Assembly: GCA_002633005.1 (NCBI GenBank)
Contig: NMRA01000177.1
Coordinates: forward strand, 62,001 to 126,000
Direction of reading: 5' to 3'
Source of the DNA: Phoronis australis
Lineage: Eukaryota > Animalia > Phoronida
Length of the DNA: 64,000 nucleotides
This document shows, piece by piece, positions 50,274 through 62,219 of this stretch. The translations under genes were made by a program, and so were the position numbers. Position 1 is the first letter of the stretch. Each line of letters starts with the position of its first letter. Under the pieces are notes generated by a model. The model had not been told where the DNA came from. It was given only the letters and a program-made list of their open reading frames with translations, and searched no databases.

Positions 50274-52665
50274 TCTCATATATTTTGAGGACATGCAATG
50301 CTCACTTTTTGTATGAGAACAGTGATTTAATAATTGTATTTTTGTTGCACACGTAGTATAGACGCTGACACTGACACGGAAGTTATTTTGTCATTGGGCT
50401 TTTGATTTCAGTTTCTGTGAAAGAGGAAAAAATCTATTAGCAGTCTGGAGATGGCCTCAACATGCCACAGACAGATTCCAGAAGATGCTGCCCATGATTT
50501 GTTAATCTCCCAGCCCTGCACACTTATTTGACTACAGGTGTCCTAACGCATTTGCTCTAAGCCATTTTGTATGATCTGATACCAGTTTGCCCGAGCGGAT
50601 GAGGACCACTTGAATGTTCCCTTTGCTATAATTGAAAATATTAATTGATTTGCATATTTGCTTGCTGAACTATAATTAGAAAATTGATTTCAGTGTGGTA
50701 GAGGCAAGTTTTCGTTTTTTTCTCAGCGTCGAATATTTTCCACAATACCCATTCACTTGAGAATGTAGATTCAGTCAGTCATAAAAATGGTGTCGAGTAA
50801 CCTAGTAAAGACGGCTGACCCTCGTAATAAAGGCACAGATTGGTCTTCTGACGAAATAATAGTCTTACTTTTAATTCCATGTCGGGTAACACCTGTATCA
50901 GATTAGTAATGGTAACACATTTATAATCTCATTGTCCACATGTACTGCGGTGGTGTTACTCGTATTGAATGCACAGCACTGATGCGACTCCTATCAGGCT
51001 ACCCGATTCACGTGTCTTTCCATATAAGGAAGTGAATAAAATCGGGAAACCGACGAGGTCTTCGGCCTGCCCGCCTGAAGTTGGATTGGAAGAAGAGTAT
51101 ATGGAAATATTGAATGGTACTGGGCGAGCAAACTATTCGTGCTGTGGTTTATTGGTTTTCTTCTTGGTGTCATGAAGGATTGTTGAAATTTCTTTTACTC
51201 CACTCATTTGAGGGGAATCTCAGAATTTTATGGTCCCTGTGAGTAAAGAGATATTGCTCTCATCAATAGAAAAAGTGCAAAACAAGGATATTTGATATTC
51301 TGTAGCGTTCCTGAGGGAAACCTCTATCCTCTGCACTTGGAATTTGCGCATTACACAGATTGGGAAGGTGACATGAGAAAGTGGTTATAAGGAATGGCAA
51401 TGCACAAGACAAAAAATAAACCGGTTCTCTTTCCTGGTTACTATATTGTCACGAGGTTTTGATTGACAAATATATCCTATAGGAGCGAAACAAAAAACGT
51501 GACCTTTTAACAAAATGTCCCGGCCAGGAAGCGAGCTACGCGTGCGCTCTACTTGGTGCGACACCTAGCGACTTCCACAAAAACTAATCAACTAATAAAC
51601 GAATGTAACAGTGGTTTTGATTATGTTTCCTTTTTCCAACTGTCTCGTGTGAATTTTAGTTGTTTGTTGCAACTGGATGAATAGTATCATATTCAAAATA
51701 CAGATGAACTCATGACTTAACATTTATTGTTATCTTGAGATTTGTCACGTGCATAATTCCCTGGTGCAGATACCGCTTAATTAAGAAAAATAATTTTTAT
51801 AATATGCTTCTGGTATAAGGAGACTTATTACTAATATCCACACGTAAAGTGTTGTCTGCTAGAATGTCACTCGCTGGATAATGAGCAGTTTTAAATTGGT
51901 TTTTAGGGTTCTTGCGAAACCCATGATAAAAAGAAAACTTAGTCTTAAAATGTATCCGTTTGTTTAATATGAAGATGATTGTTTGTGTGATTCTAGACTA
52001 CGGGCGTAGTCTTCGGCAAACGCCGGGACTCGGGATTGAGTCTTCAAAAGTATTCATAATTGTTGTGCGAACGGTACGAGTTGTTCTCAGTGGGACGGAA
52101 ATTGATTACGTCACGTACCTCGCAACTTCTCCAAACTAGAGACAAACAATATGGCGGCGTCCTATTCACATGAAGTAACACATATTTAAAAAGTGAAGTT
52201 CCTGCCACTGAATCTGCGAGCCACACAGAATAGGACATTAACCACGTGTTTTTTTAAAAGAGAATTCAACGGGTAGTTCTTGGTTACAACTTTGATCAAA
52301 TGTAATTGGCTACTGACAAGTGGCAAGAGATAAAACCAAGATGGCGGAATCCTTTAGACTATTCAAGTACGGTGACATCACATTTACCGTTCCAATTGAA
52401 AAAAAATGAAGTTAAAAAGCGGCGGTAGTATTGTTTCACTTGAGTCTTGTTTTACCCTTTAATTTGTTGTGATTGCTGAACTACGGCCAAAGAGCCCATT
52501 AAAATTGCCAACGAAAAGGTACAAAAAAGGCCTAGAGGTCCTCTAAACTGGTTCATTGAAGTGATGCCGTGTGGGTCAGTTCACCCATACCCATGTTTCG
52601 CTAAAATGATTCCTGTCTATATATATATTTTTGGCTAAGTTAATGCGTCATTATTTGTGTTTCAG

Positions 52666-52922
52666 GGGATTCCTTGACATACCAAAATGGTCAATCATTC
52701 AGCACAAAGGACAGAGATAACGACCCTGATTCCAGGAATTGTGCCGTGCTTTATAAAGGTGCGTGGTGGTACTCCGACTGCCACGACTCGAATTTGAATG
52801 GTCAATACGGTAACACCAACTACGCCGAGGGTGTGAACTGGAATCGTTTCAAAGGCCTATTCTACTCATTGAAGAGAACCAGCATGAAAATAAGACCAGT
52901 GGGGTTCACGCCGGCAATATAA
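52666..52922 (+). CDS. PAN-FBG protein, terminal exon 5 (ficolin/FIBCD1/tachylectin-5-like ligand-binding region)
   Basis: Acceptor tgtgtttcAG; (G)[19 protein letters not shown]...[24 protein letters not shown]...YAEGVNW...[12 protein letters not shown]...-TAA. The five exons total 960 nt = 319 aa + stop; tandem ATTAAA at 53092-53102. Confidence 0.96.
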
Positions 52923-53857
52923 GCAGAAATACAGACCTTTGGCGATTTGAGAAATAAGTTGGAGTTTTGTTTACTTTTCTAGACATCATAGTGCTAACCT
53001 GGAAAATGGAAAGCTACATTTGGTGCATTGACGTTGCATGTTTCGTGAATTAATGGATTTGTCATGTGGATGACAATGTCTAATTATTATTATTAAATTA
53101 AAGTTTTACAAAATCCAAATAGTGCTGTGGAGTGTTGGGATTTAAGATACTTTTCCTAAACATCTAGCGATTTTGAATACAGGATGAGAAAAATGTAAGC
53201 ATTTCGTAACTTTCACCTCTGTTTATGTTGCCTTATTTAAAAAAAATTGTATAAATTCAGTTTTATTTGAAAATGTCTGAAGTTGTTCTGAGGTAGGGTT
53301 ATTTGGGCTTTCAGTCGCGTTAAAATAAATTTATGAAGCTTTAAACTGAATTGAAGCGGAAAGCGTATCTTTAAGAAAGACCTTCAAACTTATCACTTGG
53401 TTCAGTAAGTTTAATTTGGTTTCCATGGTTACAAACATTAAGACTGTACGGAGGAACAAGATATTTGCAACTTGATACTATCTCACTTTTTTTAAAATTG
53501 TGCATGTCAACGTGAGGTATCTGCAACATTTTGGCAGATAGGCACTCAGACACTGGCTTCGCTGTCGCTTGCTGGCTTGGGAATTTCGGATTGAGTATGT
53601 GTGTTGTGATATTTGTCTAATTTGAATTAGACAAAGTATTGATATTTCTGCAAACCCAATGTTGAAATCTGTTCAGCAAAAATGTCAACGATTTAGTCGA
53701 GCCCCGTAAAAATGTATTGTAACGAAATCTCTAGTATCCACTTGCTAACTGTTCATACGCTAGATTATACGCTTCCGGATAAGTTGTTAAAGTTTAACAA
53801 GATTAATTAATACCTACGAGAAAATTTTTCCAATAGCTGTTGTCATGTTTTGTCATA

Positions 53858-54090
53858 CCGCAGTTTTCCGTAGATAAGCCCACCCGATGAAACGCCCACT
53901 AAACGTCAACTTTATTCAGTTTTGTGGAGCATTTATTATTTATAAAAACGAACAAAGAGCTGGCGAACTATTCATTTTACATAAAATTTAAAAATTCATT
54001 TTTGAGTTTACATTTCTTCCTTTTCCTAATAAACGCCGGGGCGTTATTTTCCGAATACAAGCCCGTGGGCTTATCTACGCAACATCCCGG
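53858..54090. mobile_element. Tc1/mariner-type MITE (TA TSD)
   Basis: ta|ccgcagttttccgtagataagcccac ... gtgggcttatctacgcaacatcccgg|ta, imperfect TIR with a perfect 15-bp inner part. Confidence 0.7.
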
Positions 54091-54944
54091 TAAGAGAATA
54101 TTTCGTGCGTGTACGTAATATTCGCCAGTGTTGGTTTACGTCCTAATGAGCACGACGTTTAGACTTTGTATAACGCTATTACGTATAGTTTTAGTTTTAA
54201 AAGTTATCATCATAGGATCCTCGGACTGGAGTGGCAACTTCTATCACGCGCGATCGAAGTTCCGTCACGTAGGCGTTGGGATTTTATTTCTTTGTTGCAG
54301 TGTTATTTCTACCTATCAAAATTGGGTTTCGGTGGAATTTGTTTTTGTACAAACGAAGGAAGTTTACCGCTGCTTAGCTGATCGACATAACGTAAAGCCA
54401 TCTAGACGTATTATAATAGTTTCCAAAGTTTACAATATCCTTTAAATATATTCATGTGATCAAGCCCAACCACCAAAGCTGTAATAAGGTAGAAATGTAC
54501 AAATACTAAAAAAATATATTTCAACGCTTGGCCAATGGGGAAATGTTGCCTTCTTTACTGTAACTAAAACTTTTCTCAACTCGTCTGTTTTTCAATCAGA
54601 ATGCATGAGAGTAACATCATTGGAGAGGTGTTCGTGAGCTGCTGATAATTCAATTAATAAACAGTTATTATTTTGCATATCTGACAGGTTTAAAAAAATA
54701 TTCGAAAAACCAAGAATTTAAAAAAATACGAAAAATAACAAAGAGTGTAACACTGAAGCCTCTCGTGCACTAAATGGATGTTTATTAACTAATTAGTCAA
54801 TTAATTAACTTGTAATGTCATTTGATTTATGATATAACTCTGACAGAAATATGCTAGAAAGGTAGACAATATTTAAATGACTAATTTTGATTAGTCAAAA
54901 TCAAAATGTACCATAGTTAATTTTTCACCGATTACAAAGTGAAC

Positions 54945-55091
54945 ACGTCCTTCAGTTTCGCAAGTCACCATGTTGTACGTCCTTCAGTTTCCCAAAAGTC
55001 ACCATGTTGTGTTGTACGTCCTTCAGTTTCGCAAAAGTCACCATGTTGTACGTCCTTCAGTTTCGCAAAAGTCACCATGTTGTACGTCCTT
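54945..55091. repeat. Minisatellite, about 34-bp unit, about 4 copies
   Basis: acgtccttcagtttcgcaaaagtcaccatgttgt repeated in tandem. Confidence 0.92.
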
Positions 55092-57784
55092 TATCACTCA
55101 GTAAGTAACATCTGCGTGACTGAATTATGATGAAAATATTAAATCGTACAGAATAGTTGGAAAACATGTCTCACTAACATTTTCTGTAGAATATTGGTGA
55201 AAATAACTTATAAGCAGTTTTAAACTCGTAACTTATGCCGCTGTCGTCCAAGAGGGCCGAAGCGATCCAAACCTCAAGTGATCCAAATTTTGCCACAAAC
55301 GTAATAATTTTGTACTGCTTATAACCCAATTTTGATATTTTTTATTTTCTGTTGTGTGGGACGCATTATCTTTCCGATGATATTGAAGAAATTTTTGAAA
55401 ACGATGAATTTATTGGTTCGATTGCCCTATTTAGCTAACAACTCTTCTGTCTTTTACCCTAGATGGTCAATATTTTTGGAATACGATAGAACGACATAAC
55501 ATCTATCACCCCTGTTCGAGCAGACAACTATTTGGAGCTTTGGTACCGTTTAATACAATGACTGTCACATTCTTCAGTAATAATCTCGGATGCAATGACA
55601 TTGATAAATTGTGATTAACTAATTACTCCAACTACCTAACCGAAATCTGCAGATAAGGTTTTTCTGATAGATAAAAAGGGTAAAATCTATTGTCTACTTT
55701 TGAAATGTATTATGGATAGCTCATTACACAGATTGCAGTTCAGGACTTTACATAGAAGTAAACTCATTCCTTCACAAAGCATTTTTAATACCCTTGTTGA
55801 AAACACAAAACCAATTTAATATATGCAAATGACATTCTCGGGTGCGCGCGCACACACACGCACACTACCCACGCGTGCGCATTTCATTTCGAAACCTGAA
55901 AACAAAGTTAGAACTCGTAAGTAGTCAAGAAAACAAAAGAGTCAGAAAGCACCTTCTGCTGTTAAATCTTTCGTATTCACAATTTTTCAAATAGGGATAT
56001 TTTTCCATTTGCAACTTTTCTGAGTATCAGGCAGTAGATGTGGTATTTTCCAATATAAATGAGTAAATTAAATGCACCTGAGTTGTGTCATTTGCCAAAA
56101 AAGTATGTGGTAAATTCTAGTGATACTGATATATGTAGTATGTGTTACCGTAAACAAGAGACATTCGAACACACTATCGTTAAAACGATTGTTAAGTTAC
56201 TAAAGATAGTGGACTATGGAAAATAACAAAGAGACAATGTCATTTGAAACAGGGCAGACGTGAGTTCTCACAGCACAATCACTGGCTATCGAGGAGATTG
56301 TAATGACCGCAGGAAGGTGTTGGCAACGGGGAATTGTGAAAGGCGTATTGGATCACTTGTACTAGCTGCAACTCGTGCAAAGAGACTCGATTTTATCTCG
56401 AAAACTCATTTCAATCAATTTTAGACACATTTCTCATTGTCTGCATGATGTTGATTTGTCTCGTAAAACGCACACTTACACCTCCATGCAGACATAAATT
56501 GCACCACGAACGTAAATATCTAAACAAAGTACTTTATCTCAAATTCCAGAATGCATTGCAATTTCATCTGAAATTGCTACTACTTCCTTGTATAACAAGG
56601 AATACAGGTAAAATAAAAAAATTCAGACCAATTGCGCTGACATTTATTTATGCAACACTTGAGTACAGTGAGTCGATAGAATGTAGTTCATAAACTCAAG
56701 AAGACCTTAGTTTCTACCTCATATGTATTCATCGTTTCAACGATTTTATACTTAAAGGCACTTTCAAGGGCCATGGCAGACGCTTTCACATTGAAAATGA
56801 CAATGAAAGTGGTCTGATACATCTATACGTTGAATCAGGCATGAGGGATCCAATATCTAAAACGTTCGTTTGTACAGTGTAGAAATCTTTTCACTCTTTG
56901 AAGTTATTACCCTAATAGCTGAACTGGTTCTTTATATAACCTCTATGGTTCATTTCCCATAATACTCTCTTATTTTTCGCATTTTGGTAACACTTTTGGT
57001 TTTTAAAATTAAAAAAATATTTTTAAACCAATTAGGTGTGCGAAATGATAATTTCTTATGAATGAAATATTTATCTTAGTTGTATCTGGTACAATCATCA
57101 AGAACTGACACAGGACTTTCTGATGATAAGGCTCTTNATGCAATTCGGTTGAGAAACGGGCAGAGTTGCGAAAAGATTTGACAGTAAATTTCATAGCAAA
57201 TACACACACCGGAACAAGCAAATGAACAACTCTCACGCATGCCTCAGCGACGCAAGTTCGAAGTTGGCATTCCAGGGCTAGAGTTCTGTAATATATCATG
57301 TTCCTTACTATTGTGTCAAAATTTGTTTTATTTCACTTACAAAACAAAAGCCTTCATTGCTCACCTCCTTTTGCAAAACATGTTTGTCAAAAGTTGCTGA
57401 AATAAATATTTTATATCATTGCGCTTGCAACTTGCTTTACGAGCCTTTTCCAAGCAGGATCTACAGGCTATGACTTAGATGTTTCTGAAGATTTAAACTA
57501 TGAGAAAAGAGTACTAAGTGAACCAACAATCTTAATAGACTAAACAAGGAGAGAGTAAGATTTTTGAGCGAGTCGATATTCTAATTTGACTCGTTTATTT
57601 GCGGATTGTTTTTCGTTGTGTTTCTTATGAGAAAACTAAATGGCAGCCAGGTTGTAACCAGCAACCGATGAGAGTTGATACGTCGGCCGCCAGTCATCGT
57701 AAGCAGGAAATTTAGCATCCCATTTTCAATCGATATCAGTTGTTTTTTGATGGCTCCGGCGTTCCTGTGAAGAGGATCGCAGCT

Positions 57785-57791
57785 TATAAAA
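57785..57791 (+). promoter_or_regulatory. Putative TATA box of the PAN-TLDc gene
   Basis: TATAAAA about 80 nt upstream of ATG 57868, followed 20-30 nt later by initiator-like tcagcagtcatagt. Confidence 0.5.
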
Positions 57792-57867
57792 CGGTTCGCG
57801 GCAAATCAGCAGTCATAGTGCAGCTGCAATATTCAACATTTTGTCTTGTGAGACTGAATTAGCACCG

Positions 57868-58222
57868 ATGACTATGTATCTCGATCAAATGTCTCTGTTT
57901 AATGTAATGATTGTTTTTATGTTTGAAGGATTGCGTTTGGTCCACATTGAGGGTCTGGAAAACGTGGTGTATTTCGGTAACGGCGCCAAGAACACACGCA
58001 TGAACTGCTTAAACGTCACTGTTATCCCCCACCCGATCCATAGCTCGTTACTATGCGCTGCCGAATGTAATCCCGATGAACTGTGCGATGCCTTTGCCTT
58101 TAACGATTGGGAGAAACTCTGTCACAAATACTGTATTGACAGCTATTTGCCAGAGACATTGGTGACTGCAAATGGCTGGACGTACTACAAAAAGGAATCT
58201 AAGAACCCAGGTAGTTGCACGG
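57868..58222 (+). CDS. Signal peptide + PAN/apple domain exon, paralog of PAN-FBG exon 1; probable first coding exon of a PAN-TLDc gene
   Basis: MTMYLDQMSLFNVMIVFMFEGLRLVHIEG...FGNGAKNTRMNC...CAAECNPDELCDAFAFNDWEKLCHKYC...GWTYYKK; 32/75 ungapped identities (hand count) to the 29308 exon; consensus donor G|GTGAGT, phase 1. The start Met is ambiguous among several ATGs. Confidence 0.85.
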
Positions 58223-60341
58223 GTGAGTATTTTATCACAGTAATTGGCGTCGACGACAAAAGGCGTTAACAATAAACGCCTTTGTGGTACATATTTGTTC
58301 TCATATGTTGTGCAAATTTGGCTCCATGTGCTTGCATTTAAAAAATGCATTTTTCAAAGAAATACATTGCTCAGGCGTTTCACTAAAATCTTAAAAATTG
58401 CATTTTTTGCGAAATTCGTTCCTGCCTCCAGCGTGCAGTCGGTTTCGCGCAAGCCGAAAATCCAATCAAGTTCCTGACTGCATTGACTTTTGAGCAGCCG
58501 CATTTACTTCGAATTAATTCCAGGATAGTATTCACGGACAGTGATCTTATCAATGTACGTTTTGCTGTTGCTCATATGTTATCAAAATGCAGGAATGGTA
58601 AAAGGCAATTAGTAAACTAATGTGACCAAACTGTCCTCTAGACTAAGTTACTCGGTCCCATTTCTGTACCAGAGCCAACCATGAGACAGAACAGACAGTG
58701 GTCTTTTAGTCTCTAGCAGGTACTAATACCTGCTGCCTTTTTGTAACGACATTACAAATCGTCATTTCTGTCAGACAATTCATGAAGTCAATGCCGGTGA
58801 GTAGGAATACTCGCGAAATACTCGACTAATTTATGAAGTTGGATTAACTCCGCCAGCAGATCGTTTTGCGGCGACTGCGGGGGTTGCAGGTTCGCGCTAG
58901 GGCTGATCTCAGAAAATCACATTTCTTGAGCACAATATCCTTGAAGTATTTGCTTGGTCCTTTCAAAATTTTGTAAACACTTTAAAAAACTTTTTATTTT
59001 AGACATGTGCGGTCATAAAATCAAATCGGTTTCATCCGGTTCCCTACTGAGATTAGAAATGCTGATTTCGCTTGAGAAGACATGCCTCCTGTTGTTATAG
59101 TTTCAGGGTATTTCAGTTCAAACAAAGGAATAAAAACGCTATGAAGTAATTTTGGGGGAAGAAATTTCATTTTTGATACCAGAATAAGGTGATAGTAGAT
59201 TTAATACGCAAAGAAACTGGGTCATTATTGCGGTCAATGAAGGTTTAATTAAAGATCATTTCACAACGGAGTGACAAGTTCATGAACTTTTTCCATTCTT
59301 GACGTCATACGTACAATTGTGTCCATCTACTAATTCTTCATTTTTAACACGTGCAAATTATTCATCAAACATGAAAAAATGCTTTAGGAATAAAATTTGA
59401 TAATTGATGTTGTAACTCCAATATCATTATAAATATAATTGAGTGACATCTTTTCATAATTATCAAACCATGAATGAATACACCTTTGCTTTATTAGAAC
59501 AGCAAATTAAAATTTTATCCAATAACCATAAACGTATGAAACAGAACTTGGGAATTGGCATTTCCAAAAGAATAAAGTCTGTAAAATTTGATTTTTAAGT
59601 TAATTGCAATCAACCATCAATTAGCTCACGTGGTCGCGTCTTGAAAAAAATCAGCAAAAACATAGTTAACAATGACATCATTAACGTGACCAAATTTTAT
59701 TTGTAATAAATTTTCGAGATTGAACCTCAAACAGTATTATAGTTTTTCTTTACTCTCATCTTGTTTTCGTTTTACGCAGCATTTACTTTCTTGTTCTTTC
59801 CACTTTTGAAAACCTCTCTTGCAAAAGTGGATCGTTTTGAAGCCAACACTTGATAGTGTTTCGAAGAACAGTGTACAAAGCACAATATTTGAACGTTTCA
59901 TGTGAATCCGATAAGCCATTTCTAAGACATTTGAATTTTCTGCAGGCAGGCCCATTTTTATATACGCTTAGTGTGCCTACATCAGAAAAAAAATCCGCAG
60001 ATACGCTAATGGCGTTTAGCTGGACTAATAAGCGTGCTTAAATCCTGAAATTTTCCCCAGGTTACATAGGAAATGGACACCTAAACTGCAATTAAATTGA
60101 TGTTTAACATGAACTCCTACATGGAGAATAATGTCTATTGACTTTACACTAAACAGTGAATATATCATTGCCATTATTTGTATACACCAAGGATTGGTCT
60201 CTAAACTGGTATTTTCTAAAGAAACGCCTCAGGCTTGTCCGCAGGTATGATGTTTCACTCAACCTTGGGAAACAATAGTGTTTCTTGCCTCGACTTAAAG
60301 TCATACCTTGATATGAAGTGAGTAATCAGCATTTGCCACCA

Positions 60342-60666
60342 AAGTCCATTCCTCTGCAGATGGCTCTGGTCACGCGGTTACTGCTGCTTCAGTGGCCTTG
60401 TTTGTTGCTGATGCAGAAGTGATGTACACTGCGATGACCCTTTAAATACAAGACAATCATACAAATGCCAGTGTGAAAAGTAAATGTTTTGGAAGCATTC
60501 AGCCACTTAAGTCCATTCCTCTGCAGATGGCTTAGTTCTCTAGTCATGCGGCCAATGCTGCTTCTGTCGTCTGGTTTGGTGTGCACTGCGATTATCCTTT
60601 AAAAACAAGACAATCATACAAAATGCCAGTGTGCATGAGAAGTAAATGTTTTTGGAAGCATTCAGC
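60342..60666. repeat. Tandem duplication, about 165-bp unit, 2 copies
   Basis: aagtccattcctctgcagatggct...acaagacaatcatacaaa...ggaagcattcagc occurs twice head-to-tail. Confidence 0.85.
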
Positions 60667-61697
60667 GCTCAGAAAAATAAGGTTTTTGCCGATTTTGTAT
60701 ATATTTTGGCTCAAACTTTTCACACATAGAAATGTGCATTTTCAAGATCATCACTGATTACTCCATAGCATTTTACTGGACAGCATTTTCGGGAATGTGA
60801 CATAGGCTAAGCTGTAATGTAGATAATCGGAGACAAGACAGTCTCATATTAATAAATTCAAATTTCCATTTAAATTAAGTCGCTTCGAATGGCTATCCAA
60901 TTATTTATACTCCAGTAATTAGTGACCTATTCTTTATTTCGTATCTATAGCTAAGGCATTGTTTTAGTTGAACAATTTTACTCGTAAAGCTGCATTTTGC
61001 CCTGTTTAGCCGGCTAAAAAACGAAAATCGAATTAGGCCTTTTACTTTCATCAAATTGGCCTCACAATTTCTCGGAAATTCATGAATGTATTCTCTTCTG
61101 AAGATTGCATTTCGCACTACTTAATCACTCCAGAGCTGAGAAACTAGAATCTGAGGACTGACTAATAAAAATGTCGCGTGCTTCAGAAACGTAAATGCGG
61201 CACTGAGTGTAACATTAACTAGTCTTTTATTTACATCTTTGAATTGAAGGGACAGTGGCTAGCGGTGGTAAACTAGATCAACTTCATGGCAACAGAAATT
61301 TAATGATTTCTGTCCTTCCAAAACATGCCAAACTGATTAATTTCCGGTTAGTGACAATGAAAAACGCATTATGGAAGAAAAAAACTGGTTTATTTCCTGC
61401 AATCGACTCAAAAGTATTGTGGAAGACAATTCTAAGCCTTCTTCAGAGGTTTATGTTCGTTATTTCCCAATTGATATTTGATTTTTGTGCGAGACAGACT
61501 GGAGAAACGGTAAACCCTGATATACACTTATTGTTAAAGCTCGTATTAACCATTTTTACCAAAATAACCAAGTTTAAATAATTAGTCCAATAACAGTCAA
61601 ATGTCTGCATGATGTACAAAACCAACTCGCAAGCAGCGCCTTAATTGTTCTGATTTCCATGAACTGCTTTTCCATGATCACCTTGACTATATTTCAG

Positions 61698-62219
61698 ACA
61701 TAAAAGACTCAAAGCTGTTAACACCAGACGACATGACGTTGTTGTCGCAGTGGTTGCCAGATAAAGAATTCCGGCTCCTTTACAGGGCAATGGTAGACGG
61801 CATGTCGGCGTCGGCGTTCCATGATAAATGTGACGGTAAAGGTGCCACCATCACTATTGGGAAAGAGTTCAGTAGCGGCACCACATTCGGTGGTTATGCC
61901 TCTGTCTCTTGGACAAGCGCCGGTTTTTACAAGCCCGACAGCAACGCATTCGTGTTTCGGCTGTGTGGACAAGGATGTACATCAGCCAAGTACAACCAGT
62001 ACAGGAAACAACAACTGGCTCTGCTTCATCATTCCTTCTTTGGTCCAAGATTTAGCTGGGACCTTGAGTTCTTCTATGGTAGTAGCCACTCGTACAACAG
62101 CTCCAGCATGTACTTCCTGTCTAACGGCTGCTGCGGTATCCATAAAACCACCTACAATGGCATACTTGGCTGTGGATGGAATGTCAAATGGACCGACGTT
62201 GAGGTGTGGAGGGTTGTTG
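61698..62219 (+). CDS. TLDc-domain exon (symmetrical phase 1-1, 174 codons)
   Basis: Acceptor atatttcAG; (D)IKDSKLLTPDDMTLLSQWLPDKEFRLLYRAMVDGMSASAFHDKCDGKGATIT...FGGYASVSW...DSNAFVFRL...GPRF...DVEVWRVV, with TLDc motifs LLYR...DG....FH..CD, FGGY, AF.F, GP.F and EVW; donor G|GTAAGA. Confidence 0.9.

Noticed and set aside
50098-50316. Poly-Ile transmembrane-like ORF
   Set aside because: Translation of an (ATA)n microsatellite.
54939-55130. About 34-bp repeats of CRISPR-like length
   Set aside because: The units are contiguous with no spacers, and there are no cas genes; ordinary minisatellite.
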